64,000 bases of DNA. It comes from Lama guanicoe (lineage: Eukaryota). Below the pieces are notes generated by a model that did not search any database, was not told the origin of the DNA, and worked only from the letters and a program-made list of their open reading frames with translations. Shown in pieces: positions 34,558-46,911 of this stretch. The stretch lies in assembly GCA_013239625.1 (NCBI GenBank), contig MU053561.1:4943214-5007213 (forward strand), written 5' to 3'. Position numbers and translations under genes: made by a program. How positions within the stretch are numbered: position 1 is the first letter of the stretch; the number at the start of each line of letters is the position of its first letter.

Positions 34558-37500
34558 GTGAGTCCGGAGCCCGAGCCCCGCGGGGCCGGGGCCCGGCGAA
34601 CAGCTGCAGCGTCTCCCGGGAGTCGCGACAGTGGGAATGGCGTGTCGCGCCTGGCGGCCGGAGCCGCGGGAGGGTGGGCAGCGTAGCGGCCGGCCAGCCC
34701 CGGCTATTTACTTGCCGCACCCGCGCAGCGCGGCCGCGCTCCCTTGCTGCAGCCGGGCTTCTTTGTCCCTATCCCGACGTCTGGAGGGTCCTGGGCGGGA
34801 GAGAGTACAGGGTAGTGTTCCCTCTGGCGGGGAGAGGCTGGGGGCAGTGCGAAGCCTCGAGAGAATGCGGAGTGGGGGTGGGGAGATCCTGCAGGGACCA
34901 AAGCGCCGGGGTACCATGGGCTCCGCAGACTCCAACCCTCCTTGTACCCCGACCCTGACCCCAGGGGCTCCGGGCCTAGAGGTACGCCGGGGTCGCCCCG
35001 CGACTGCGCACCAGCAACGCGGGAAAGCGAGGAGGGGGCTGCGAGAGGCGGGAATTTCGTCTCCACGCGCTTCTCCTGGGACCAGAAGCTGGGACTCGAG
35101 ACGCGGTTCTGGGAGGAGGTACAGGTGGGGTAAGCTCCCCAGAGGCCGCAGGTTTCAGGGCCCTGTTTTCACTTAGGGTTAAAGGTCAGAGATATAGGTA
35201 GGTCCTGGGTTAGGAACAGGGTCGCTGGAGGATAGGGGAGAGGGAGAAGGCTAGTGAGGCCAAGGGGAGGCTTGTATGCCTGAGGGGGCTGTGTCCAGCC
35301 CAGGGGTGGGTGGAGCCCACATCGGCCCTGTGTGGGTTGTAGGGGGCGCTGCTCTCTCTCTTTCTTTCTCTGATACTGGCAATGTTTAATCAATGGGTTG
35401 ATTACTGCAGCAGAAAGGACTGAGGTTAGATACGAAGAAGAACTTTTAAAGGGTGGTACAGTGATGGAGATTGGAGAGGTTGATTCTTCTTAAAGAATCT
35501 CAGGATAGATTAGGCTCAGCAAGTACTATTAGGCTTTGGTTCTCTGGTTCCATCACCTCCTACACTACCCAACTCCCTATACCCACCAGACACACAATTT
35601 TCCCCAAGTTAGGGAGTCTCTCCTGCCTGCTTCCCCAGCTCCTTTCCATCTTTTCCTCCAATGATCCATCTCCGGGGGGGGCCTTAATGCTGGTCCTCAT
35701 CCTGGTCATACTCTAAAGCGGCTAATTCAAGGTGGGAATACACTTGTCTAGTTCCACCTGGGATGGAGGCTGTTCCTCCCGTCTGTTTAGGTCTGTTTAG
35801 AGCAGAAATGCTGGGGGGTGGGGGACGGCTAGTATATGTGTGTAGCACATCCTGACATAGGGAGGCACTGGTGTTCTAACTCCAGAGGGATATTCCATAG
35901 TCAGGAATGACATGTACCTGGAAGGCCAGGCTTGGGGTGAGAGAAGGCTGAGGAGTGATAGTCAGCAGGCCCAGATGAATCAGTATGCCTTCCCCGCAGG
36001 CTGCTTCAGAAAGTGAGTTTGAGTTGTCAGCCCTGGGGAACTTTAACTTTGGCTGCTGAGTCACAAGCCTCGGGAAGCCTAGGGGCCAAGCTAGGGGGCT
36101 GAAAGGGATGGGGGAGGCAGAAAGAGCCCCTTGATCATAGCAGAAAGAAGAAAATAGTTGAGCGTGGCTTGTGGATCTTGGGGGTTTAGTGAGGATGGGG
36201 TCTGAGGAGACGCTGTGGAGTTCAGGACCAGGCCCCCAAGTATTTCCCCTCCCGGACTACTCCCTGTATCCCAGAGCCACTATCTGGGTCCAGATTCTCC
36301 AGTCAAGAGAAATGCTTCATCTTTTCATTTGCAGTTTCATGAAAAATGCAAGTGACTAGAGCATGCCCAAATTCCTTTACCATTGTATATTTTCCCCTGC
36401 CTTCCTCCTTCTCCATGTCTCTAGCTCATGGGATTTCTAGTAACACTCTGAGATTCAACAATTGAGATTCAGATTCCACTGTCATTTACTGGGACACTCC
36501 AATATGCCAAGGTCTGTGCTAGGAATTGCACAGGAAATCTTAGTCAGACCCTGACTTAGAAAAATCGCTACACAAACTATTTGAGCTAAAAGCAAGTCCC
36601 TGTTTTATTTAAAACTCTAAAGGCGAAGGATTCCTTCTTAATATCCACCCTCCTTGTCCAGTGGACACTGACAGGCAATTCTCCACCTTTCTGTGTGTCA
36701 TTTGCCTAAAGGAGGTGAATAAATTTTTTTCCATAGGCCAAGTTGCAGAGTGTAAGGTGTGAGTAGTATGGGTTCTGGTAGCATGGTTCTCAAGGTAGTA
36801 AACAGAGGTACAGAGCTGTTCCAAAAAATGCAGAAATCTGATGGGAGAGCCTGAGCTGGCCTGCCCCTCCCAGGCTGGCAGTCAAGAATGGTTATTCTCT
36901 GGCTTACCTATGGCCATGAGATGTATGTGATGTTTGTTCACTTTTCTAATGACTCTGGAGATGTTCTGTGATTCAGCCACCTGGCTTTGAAGTTGGCCTT
37001 TTGCAGCACAGATAGTATTTTTCTTGCTTCTGATGCCAAATTAAATGCACAGCATTTCATCAAAACACAAAAGTCCTGCTTCTATAACTGAATCATCAGT
37101 CACTCCCTCACTCCTTGCTGGAGGGAAGGAATTCTGCAGATTTTTCCTTCTTTGGGGCAAGGTGCAATGCTCAATCATTTAGAACCGATGGTGATGATAT
37201 TCGGACTCTGTGGTGTGTCTTGAGCTGTAGGATTCTAGAACCAGGGTTCAGTATCTAGGAGTTGTAGAGCCCTTGGGTTTACAGTTCTAGAAGTTCTCTT
37301 CTTTTACTGACTGAGGGGACGTCAAGAGTTGGCATGGTAGATTCGGAATGCTCCATCCCTCCAAGCTCTGTACAAAAGATGTGTTCCCTTCTAACTGTTC
37401 TACTGTTACTCCGTCCCCTCTGTCCATAGAGTTGGGGTATCATGTGTGACTGCAAATAATTAGGACTAAGACTGAGGCATCTGGATCAGGCCAGGTTTCT

Positions 37501-40500
37501 TTAGCTCTGCAGAGGGCTGTCTGGAGTGTGGGGAATCAGGATAAGAGAAAGTCTTAACCGAGCCAGTCAATATCCTCGCTGGGCATGCTTAGGAAAAGAA
37601 GCCTTGAAGGACTGAAGCCACACTTAGGAACTGGAAGCCGAGGGGCTGAAAGTAAGGGTGAGCAGAGCATCCAGCTCTGGATGGCCCAGGTTGTGACACC
37701 ATCTCATCCCTCCCTTCTCTCTGTTGGGGGCACTGAGCTGTTTTTCTTGCTCCAACGAAGACCCAGGCAGATCACTCTTCTCATCAGTTGCAGGTATAAA
37801 CAGGGAGAGGGAGGTAGAGGAAAATGAATCTTTCTGGCTTTCTGTCTGCCTCTCCCACATCACCTGAGTCTTGATTGCCCCATTCAGAGGGGCCACATGC
37901 TCTGACCAATTAGGCAGAAAGGTATAGTTACCATCTGCCAAAATCATAATACTAATAATTGCTAAATTAATGCCAAAGCTCAGTGAGCTATAACACTTCA
38001 CATCAGTCTCCGATTTATCCCTGAATCCCCTAATGATGGTGGAACCAGGTGCCCAGTCATAAAGCTTGGTGCAGCCATAATTAGCCCAGCATTGTCTCTC
38101 CTCATCACAGCTTTTCCAAGAGCATTAATTCCTTCTCTGTTTGGACTCTGCTAATTATCCCCATTGGTAGTTTGGCCTGGATCTCTGAAAGAAGGAAAGG
38201 AGGCAAAGGCTCTCTGCTCCCCTACCCCAACCCTGAATTTTAATTACACCAGGTTCTCCTGATAAATGTACAAGCTACAGCTGAACTTATTAGTAATGGA
38301 GGACGTCTGTGTGTTTCAGAACAGAATAGCCTGTTTCCCCAACACATACACACCCACTCAGGTATTTCTCAAGTACATTTCTGGATGAGACTTTTTCGGG
38401 GACCACTGGTTACTCGCCTGGTGGCTGCAGTGTCTGCACTTTCCAGGGAAGAAGAAAGATGGGGAATGAGGAGGCTGGTCATAATCCTAGTCCCCCCATG
38501 GTTTTGCCCAGGTTCAGAGGGTCAGGCCAAAGAGCAGATGATGCCACTCAACCCTCTCCTGATTCTAGTGAAGAAATGATTGCCCAGCATTCAATTTTGC
38601 AGTTCTTCAGCTCAACCTGCAGAGGCTTGGCTCAAGATTCTGGACTTTGACCTTTTGACATCAGAAAGTCCCAGGTTCAAATCCCAGCTCTTCCATCTAA
38701 TTGAGGTACCCTTGAACAAGTTACTTCAGTAACATTTCTAAACTTAGTTAATTTGTCTTTGCAAGGTGAATACTGATTTCTTGGGGAGGATGTAAAGATT
38801 AAATGAGATCATGTAAGGGGCACTGTGCTTACCATGTAGAAGTAAATAACAAATAATATTACTAGTATTGATGATGTTAATGGTTCTGCCCAGAGTCTTT
38901 TCCCTTTCCAGACTAGACACTGTTCCTTCTAGGCTCTGGGGCCTCTGAGTTTCTCACTGGCTGGTCTCTGGGTTGCACTGGTCTGTGCCTCTGTCTGCGT
39001 TCGAATGGGAGCTCCATGGCTGAGGCAGCTCCTGCTCTGCAGAGCTCAGCCTTTACTGATTCTGAGGGCCCAGCAGCAGTCCCGGGCCCTGAAGCCAGCC
39101 TTCTCTGGCTTTGGGGGAGCAGGGAAAATGGTCCTTTCTTTTCACTTCCTCTCCCTAGTTTATCTTTCCAATTACTATCTGTTAGTGAGAATGTCTGTTA
39201 ATATTACAGAATGCATCTTCCTGACATGAAAGCCCATTAGAAAAATGGGAACAATAGCAAATGATAAGGATGGCTGATGAATCCTAACAGTATGGGTGGA
39301 GAGAAGGGGAGGGGGCACTGGGGCACCAGGCGCTATCTCTGGAGAAAGTGTCAGTGGGGAGATAAGAAAGCTCTGGCTTGCTAATTAATAGCCTAACATT
39401 TTCCAGAGAGGAAGGCCATGAGCCATCACCCTGCCAGACAGTCTCACTTAAGGTGACAAGCAGGTCCTGCTCTGATGGCCTTCAGAGGGATCTTAACTTC
39501 CCAGGAGAGAAGGGGCCTGAGGTCTCTCAGATGATTTGCTCTCTGGTCCTGTGTCCCTCTTTCCTGCTTCAGATGGCCATGCTTTGGGGCTGTTCTGTAC
39601 CCAGTAAACTACAGCAAAACAAACAAACAAAAAACAATAGGAAGAAATAAAAGCAGCTTACTCTGGGGAGCATTCACGTTGTATTGGACACTGCTCAAAT
39701 CCTTAGTTTATGTAATATTCACAGTGATTCTGTGAAATAGGGATTATTAGAATCCCCATTACATAAAAGAGGAGACCAAGGTTTGGAGAAGTTAAGTAAC
39801 TTGTTTAAGGTTACACAATTATAAATATGGATGGATGTGCTCTGTGGTCATTCTGGTGCTGGTGCTCAGCTGAGATGTCTGCCCCATGTCTGAGCACCCA
39901 GTGAAGTCTACTTCCCCAGCCAGGGCTAGAAACCATGTGCCCTGAAGAGCACCAGGTCACTGGGTGTGTTTCCAAAGCCAAGTTCCATAGCTCTTTGCTC
40001 TCCCAGAGGCTGCTGGGTAATTGGCCAACATGAATTCCCAAACCAGGTGTCCATGGATTCCTGGCCTCCTCTGATAGCTAAATGAAGATGTTTTACACCT
40101 AATATTGAGCAATGGACTTCCCCAGTTTCCAGGAAAACTTTGCAAAAGCATAACATGTTCTCAATTGTACATTTTTCTTCCATGAATTTCTTCTTATTCC
40201 TTTGGAGCTCACTCCTGTTCGCCAGCTGGCTGGTGACAGTAATGACAAAACAACTGAACAAGTAGCACGTAAATGAGTATTGACAGAAAAACTTGTAGAT
40301 GTGAGATATTTAACACAGTACATATTTTGTCTTGAGATACAGAGACCTAGCTATATATGACATAGTTGTATTATTTCTACTAGTAAGATTGTTCCTGATT
40401 TGTGATAAGTTTAAAACTATCTCTGTTTATTAGTATTCTGATTTATATGTGTTCTGCCCACTGAACAAATTTCAAAACAGTGTTCAAAACCAGATTGGGC

Positions 40501-40524
40501 AGAACTAGGTAATTCTAAAACAAA

Positions 40525-40745
40525 CAGATAATACTTATTATATGGCTTATTACATTCGAGACACTGTCCTTAGCACTTTTGATACACTGATCTCATTTAA
40601 ACCTCATCGTGACCCTATCAGGTAGATACTATTACTATACCCATTTTACAGATGAGGAGACAGAGGCTAAGAGAGAAAAAGTCACAATTTAAAAACAGTA
40701 GTGATGGACATTGAATGAGCCCAGTCTGACTCCAGGGCAATACTT
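40525..40745 (-). mobile_element. MIR (representative of about 20 MIR remnants in the window)
   Basis: CCCATTTTACAGATGAGGAGACAGAGGCT core. Similar copies near 840, 3770, 21250, 27310, 28340, 28680, 38630, 39700, 42020, 45540, 45700, 51290, 61575, 61780, 62900 and 63680. Confidence 0.75.
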
Positions 40746-43617
40746 CTTTCTCTCCAGGCTGAAGGGGAAATAAAGAAGGAAAAAGAGAGGAAGGAAGGAT
40801 ACAAATACAAACATTTAGGAAGTCCTTTCTCTTTTTTAGTGCTGTGCTAAGGGCTTCCTCCCTTACAGGAGGCTTACCTTTTACCATGAACCTCGTGTAT
40901 GGGATAAATATGAAGAACATTGGGTCAGGATTCAAAAGGTGGATAAGTTGCCCATCAAAATCCTACCTGCCTCACAGGGTTGAGGTTCAAACAAGACATG
41001 AGTGAGGAAAAGGCTCTGAAGGTTGCTTATGCACCTGTGATTTACTAGATGGCAACACACCCTGGTAGACTGGCCCCAGTGGAACTAGGGTAGGAAAGCA
41101 CATATCTTAGGTCATCTGGGGTTTTGCACAGCCCTTGGGCCATACAGGAGCCTCCCCTTCCAGACTCAATGCACCTTCCACCAGGCTATGTGGGCTGGCT
41201 GAGTTCAGGGCCACATGTAGTGACTTTAAAGGGGCTAAATCCTGTACAATAATCGCACCCGCCCTGGTCTAATTCTGGTCTTACTGGCCTCACTCACCAC
41301 CTTGTTCCCCCCTGGGGATGAACCCACTCGGCATCAGGACCTAATTCTCCTTGCATTGCCTGCCTATGATATATTCTGGAAGAAGATTCTCCAGGCAGCG
41401 GAAGGGCTTCCTGGTCTTACAGAACCGGTATTGGGTACTGGGTGCTGATTCCCAATAATCCATACCTCTGCCCTTCCTAATCACAGCTCCCAGGGAACAA
41501 CAGCGGGGGTCACGTGGAGACGCATTCAAAATAGCAACCACACTGAGGCAAAATTGATTCCTCCACCTCTCTTTTCATTTATGAATTCAGGGTTTTTTTT
41601 CCATCAGGCTGAACATTTAAATGCACTCTCCGCTCTCTGGATTCCCCTCCACCGCCATTTCTCCCCTTGCTCATTAAAATTCTAATTATTACCAGAGCAA
41701 GTCAGATGTATGATCAAAGGAAAGCAAAACCCTAGAAATACCTTTTGTTTTAAGGTGACTCATATTACAGAGAATGTCCCCGGAACAGCTGGAAAAGAGA
41801 ACAGATGTAAAGGGCCTAGAGATGGCCCGATAACACAGAATAAGAACGCATGGATCTGTGATATCCTGGTGAACCCCAGGGGGAAAAGGGCCTAAAGACA
41901 GAGTCTCCAAACCATTTAGATCATGAACTCATAACAGCAAACATTATTTTGATTTAATATCTCCAGTATGTGTTTATTTGTTCCCATGTTCCATACACAT
42001 GTACACAAGGGATATTGTAGAGCTGGGCTGCCTGGGTTGTATCTCAGTCCAAACACTATGAGCTGTGTGACGCTGGACAATCTATCTAACCTTCTGTGCC
42101 TCAGTTTCCTCGTCTGCAAAATGAGGATCATAATCATCCCTATTTTCACTGAAGAGTATTAAATGAGTGAATATATAAAAAGCACTTTGTACCTTGGACA
42201 TAGTCATGTTTAATAACTTGACTAAATCCAGTAATAAAATGCTATCATTCCTATTACTATCAACCTGTATATAATAATTTCGATTTCTTATTTTTACTGT
42301 AATGAATAAATATTAAAGCAATCCAATATTTTTTCCCTTGTGCTCCCAGGATGCATGCTCGCCTAATTGGAGATCTTTAGTCTAGAAGTTAACTTAGAAT
42401 CAGCTTTTCTGGTCTCTGATAGTGTCTGGTGGACTAATCTCAGTTCCTATGCTGGGGAAGGGCTCTGATGTCTCTGTGCGGGGGCCAGGGGGCCCGGATA
42501 GGTGGCTAAAGACTTGAGAATTCTCTGCTCTTATTCCTGACGGTGGTAGCTGATCAAGGCCAGTATCCTACACCCAGGGAGTCAGGAGGCAGCGCTAGCT
42601 CCCCAGAGAGGATGGCTGATGCTCTTGCCTTCTTCTCAGATCCCTCTGGACCAGGGACAGCTTTCCCTGGGGCCCATGTGCTGTGAGAGTACTCCTGACC
42701 TCCCCACTACCTCCCAAGAGGGATCTGATATCTCTGTACTCCAAGCGCAGCTTAGCACTTAGAATATGGCACGTGGTCAGTAAATGTTGGTTGAGAGATA
42801 ATGACAGCTGTTTTATGTGCCATTGAATCACTCATTCATTCATTCTCATGTGCCAGTTTCTATGCTGAGCCCTCAGTCAGACAAATAAAAGAAAACACAG
42901 GATTATAGTAACCTACAGTTTAATCAGGGACAAAAGTCTGGGGCAGTGGAACGAGTGCCAGGCTGGACAGTGGACATCTGGACCATGGTCCAGGCCTTGT
43001 GTCTGACCTGTGAGCCCAGGCAAATCCTTCTCTGGACCACTGCTCCCATCTGCAAAAGCACAGCCTGGCCTTGGTACTTACAGGGTCATTTCTCCCCTTA
43101 AATCCCAAGATTCTTAAGGCATGGGGACAGGATAATCCAGAGGCTGCAGGGGCCAGACAGGTGACAGGGAATGGAGCTGGTGAGAACACACCCTTCTGAA
43201 GGGAATCACCAATTCCAACCATGCAGGAGCACCGGTCCAGCTCCCAAGTCCTCAGGCCTTTTCCAGAGAAGCCAGAAATCTAGTGTGATGATGAGATGGT
43301 CATGATGGAATTACTCAATTTTTCAGTCATCATTCAAGCCAAACAAGACCCGTCTGATGGCTTATTCTCAAGTGACCTTGGTGCAAACCCATTGATTCAG
43401 AGCCTTCTGACCTCTCAGGGAAAGAAGAGGCTTTGGGCTCAAAGGTTCATTTCCTAAAGGTGGGGTGGGAGGCCTGCTTAATGATTCCTCCTAGAAGGAG
43501 GCGTTGCTCACAGCTCTTCTCGGGTAATGGGCATCCTGCTGGGGGCAGAGGTGGGCTGGGGGTGTGACAGTGAATGCCTGCCTCTGAACCAACCACGATA
43601 TTCAAAGATACCAGTCT

Positions 43618-43710
43618 GGTGGGGAGGATAACAGTTCAGCAGTAGAGCTTATGCTTAGCATGCGTGAGGTCCTGGGTTCAATCCCCAGTATCTCCATTAA
43701 AAAAATAAAT
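43618..43710 (+). mobile_element. tRNA-derived SINE in SYT6 intron 1, 14-bp TSD
   Basis: AGTAGAGCTTATGCTTAGCATGCGTGAGGTCCTGGGTTCAATCCCCAGTATCTCC plus A-tail; TSD AAAGATACCAGTCT (43604-43617) / AAAAATACCAGTTT (43711-43724). Confidence 0.88.
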
Positions 43711-44486
43711 AAAAATACCAGTTTCACAGCAGTTCTCATAGCCACAGGAATGGAAAAAGACAGCTATAGGAATCATTTGTATTTAGCTCTGAAGTAAACC
43801 GTGTGGATTAGATTCCAACTTAATACGAGACTGTATTGAGCCTACTATGTGCAGAGTTCTGGGAATACAGAAGAAGGGTTAGACCTCGCCCACGCCCTCA
43901 AGATTATGCCCAATCTCATTTGCTTCAAGTCAACTCAATAACTATGTTAGCTCCTGCTGTGGGCTTGGTGGGCATGGGATAAGGGAAGAGAAGAAGGTAG
44001 TCTGGCCTCCTGTCCCCAAGGCCTCACAGCCTGTGGAGGAAGAGAGCTGGGTACAAAAACGACTCTGCTCCAAGTCTGGCCATAGTAACAGCTCTCATAG
44101 AAATTCAAACAGCATCCAAATGTGAACGCTTCAAGAATTTGCACATTTGCTTAGGCTGCTGTTTAAATTACTTTCCCCTCCCCGTGCACATGCCAGCAGG
44201 GAGTAGGGGAGGCAGCCCAGGTGCTCCCCAAGCTGGCGGAGGTGGGAGGGGCTGGGCTGGGGGAATCAGACGGAGGGGAAGGCGAGGCTGCTGATCTTTC
44301 ACGAGGTGGACTATGGAGCACCAGCCCTGCAACCATCTCTCTCTCCTCTGCCTGGGCAGATTTCTCATGACCATTCTTTTCTCTTCTTCCGTCTCTGTCC
44401 CTTCTGTGTGGCCCCTCTTGGAACACCCCTCCCCGCTTCTCCCCGCCTCTGTCTGTCTCTGTCCCTCCCTGCCTGGCTGAGGGCAG

Positions 44487-44835
44487 GCGCCTCTGTCAGC
44501 CTCCTTGCAGTGGTAGTTATTGTGTGTGGCGTGGCCCTGGTGGCAGTTTTTCTCTTTCTCTTTTGGAAGCTGTGCTGGATACCCTGGAGGACCAAGGAGG
44601 CCTCCAGTCCCTCCTCTGCTAACCCCTCCCCGGAGGCCCTGCAGAGCCCCAGCTCCAGAGGCAACATGGCGGACAAGCTGAAGGACCCCAACACCCTGGG
44701 CTTCCTAGAGGCGGCTGTGAAGATCAGCCACACGTCCCCAGATATCCCAGCTGAGGTGCAGATGTCGGTCAAGGAGCATATCATGCGTCACACGCGGCTG
44801 CAGCGACAGACCACAGAGCCAGCGTCATCCACCAG
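44487..44835 (+). CDS. SYT6: Synaptotagmin-6 coding exon 2 (transmembrane helix and linker)
   Basis: Long pyrimidine tract, then GGCAG|GC acceptor. Encodes (G)[33 protein letters not shown]...MADKLKD...[14 protein letters not shown]...[10 protein letters not shown]. Ends AG|GTGAGG; 349 nt; phases 1/2 fit exons 1 and 3. Confidence 0.97.
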
Positions 44836-46352
44836 GTGAGGGGTAGAACCCTCCCTTCCCTCCCTCCACATTTCCGGATCCAATACATTAATGAGATTGC
44901 AGCCCGTGAGGATCAGAGACTAGAAATAATCACATGGGTACTTTGGGTGGAGACTGTATCACATGACATGCTCCATGGTGGGTGATCAACTAGGAGGTGG
45001 CACCAGGAAGGACTTCCTGAGAGTGCAAACTTTGAGGTGGGGTGCTGTGCACGGGGTAAGTGCTGGAATGTGTGTGAGTAGGAGGTGTTGCCTTGTTTGG
45101 TGGGAAGGAAAGACTTCAAGTGGAGAGAAGAGAATATGCAAGGTGCAGAGGCATAAAAGTTCATGATGCGTCTAGGGGTATGTTGATAAAGCCTCCCAGA
45201 TGAAGTCTGCAGTGCCAGGAGATAAAGCAAGAGACTCCTAGTACTTTGAGAAAGAGGATAGTCATTGACAGTGTTCCTTGCATGACAGCTATTATATACA
45301 TGGCATTCTTTAACTGAAATAATAAAACGACCAAAAAAAAAAAAAACCCACTGCCACTTAATGACAAAAACCTACTCTAAATTTAGAAACACAGTTACAG
45401 AAGATGTGGTACATGCGGGTATGAAGTGTTATATTTATCAAAAACTTGAGGCTCTTGTGGCCTCCTGGGTCCCTAAAGGCTCCCAGGGACCAGCCAAAGG
45501 GAAGCAGGATTTCTCTTCAGCTTGAAAGCCAGAAATGATGAAAGTGCTGGGTCACATTTACAGAGTTTATTGTTTGACCTCAGGCGTGTTGCTCACCGTT
45601 CCTAAGCCTCACTTTTCCCAGTTGTGTAATAGGGCTAATGACCCTCATACAGTTGCTGTGAGGAGCCAGTGAAAGAATCCACGTGATAATCAGCACTAAC
45701 GACAGATCGCTCATACACCCAGCCCTGTTCTAAGCACTTTATGTGCATTAATTCATTTCATCCCCAGGCAATCCTATGCACTTGCTACTTTTATTATTCT
45801 CATTTTATAGCACGGAGAGGTTTAATAACTTGTCCCAGGTCACACAGCTAGGAAGTGGCAGAGCTAAAATTCACCTATGAGGTCTGTCTGGCTCCAAAGC
45901 GCAATCCACGTTAACTATGTGATGGTGATGGTAGTGGGGGTGATGAAGGGAAGCCACACTGAACGTGGGAAAGACTGGTCCTTCTCAGTAAGGGAGCTCA
46001 TGGTTTAATGGGGGAACCAGAGTCACGTCTACTAGGAAAGAAACCTAGAAAGCAGATGGTAGAAAAGTAGGGAAAGTGATAATGATCACAATGGCTACCA
46101 TTTACTAAAGCTTATTTTATACCAGGCCCCATTCCAACTGCTTTACATATATTGTCATGCACACAAACCGTGTGCACAAGGAAAGTGGGTCAACTAGCAG
46201 GAGGAAAAGGGGGCCCCACAAGGGGTAGGATGCACCAGGGCCGCAGGGCGTGTCTGCCTGCACCCCACCCCCCCAACCTCCATGTCTCTCTGCACCCTGA
46301 CCCCCAACCTCTGGATGTCTGACCTCACTCACCCCCTCCCACCCTCCACCAG

Positions 46353-46911
46353 GCACACGTCCTTCAAGCGACACCTGCCGCGGCAGATGCACGTCTCCAG
46401 TGTGGACTATGGCAATGAGCTGCCCCCGGCAGCAGAGCAGCCCACCAGCATTGGCCGCATCAAGCCCGAGCTCTACAAGCAGAAGTCAGTGGATGGGGAC
46501 GATGCCAAATCCGAGGCCGCCAAGAGCTGCGGGAAGATCAACTTCAGCCTGCGCTATGACTACGAGAACGAGACCCTGATCGTGCGCATCCTGAAGGCCT
46601 TCGACCTCCCTGCCAAGGACTTTTGCGGCAGCTCTGACCCTTACGTCAAGATCTACCTCCTGCCCGACCGCAAATGCAAACTGCAGACCCGGGTGCACCG
46701 CAAGACCCTGAACCCCACCTTCGATGAGAACTTCCACTTCCCTGTGCCCTACGAGGAGCTGGCCGACCGCAAGCTGCATCTCAGTGTCTTTGATTTTGAC
46801 CGCTTCTCCCGCCATGACATGATTGGGGAGGTCATCCTGGACAACCTCTTTGAAGCCTCCGACCTGTCCCGGGAAACCTCCATCTGGAAGGACATCCAGT
46901 ATGCCACAAGT
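46353..46911 (+). CDS. SYT6: Synaptotagmin-6 coding exon 3 (C2A domain)
   Basis: CCACCAG|G acceptor. Encodes [11 protein letters not shown]...[12 protein letters not shown]...[27 protein letters not shown]...[15 protein letters not shown]...WKDIQYATS with the C2A Ca2+-ligand aspartates intact. Ends AGT|GTGAGT; 559 nt; exons 1-3 total 1071 nt = 357 codons with no stop. Confidence 0.98.

Larger units (their letters stand above)
31650..35170. promoter_or_regulatory. CpG island spanning the SYT6 promoters
   Basis: Visibly high GC and CpG density against CpG-depleted flanks, densest at 33300-35100. Boundaries approximate. Confidence 0.9.

Noticed and set aside
33962..35176. Many overlapping 100-180-aa Arg/Pro/Gly-rich ORFs
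   Set aside because: Expected stop-codon scarcity in a GC-rich CpG island; low-complexity translations with no family motifs.
45540..45915. Inverted MIR pair upstream of exon 3 (also ~61575-61950) as a dsRNA/editing element
   Set aside because: Copies look too diverged for a stable duplex, and such pairs are common by chance at this MIR density.
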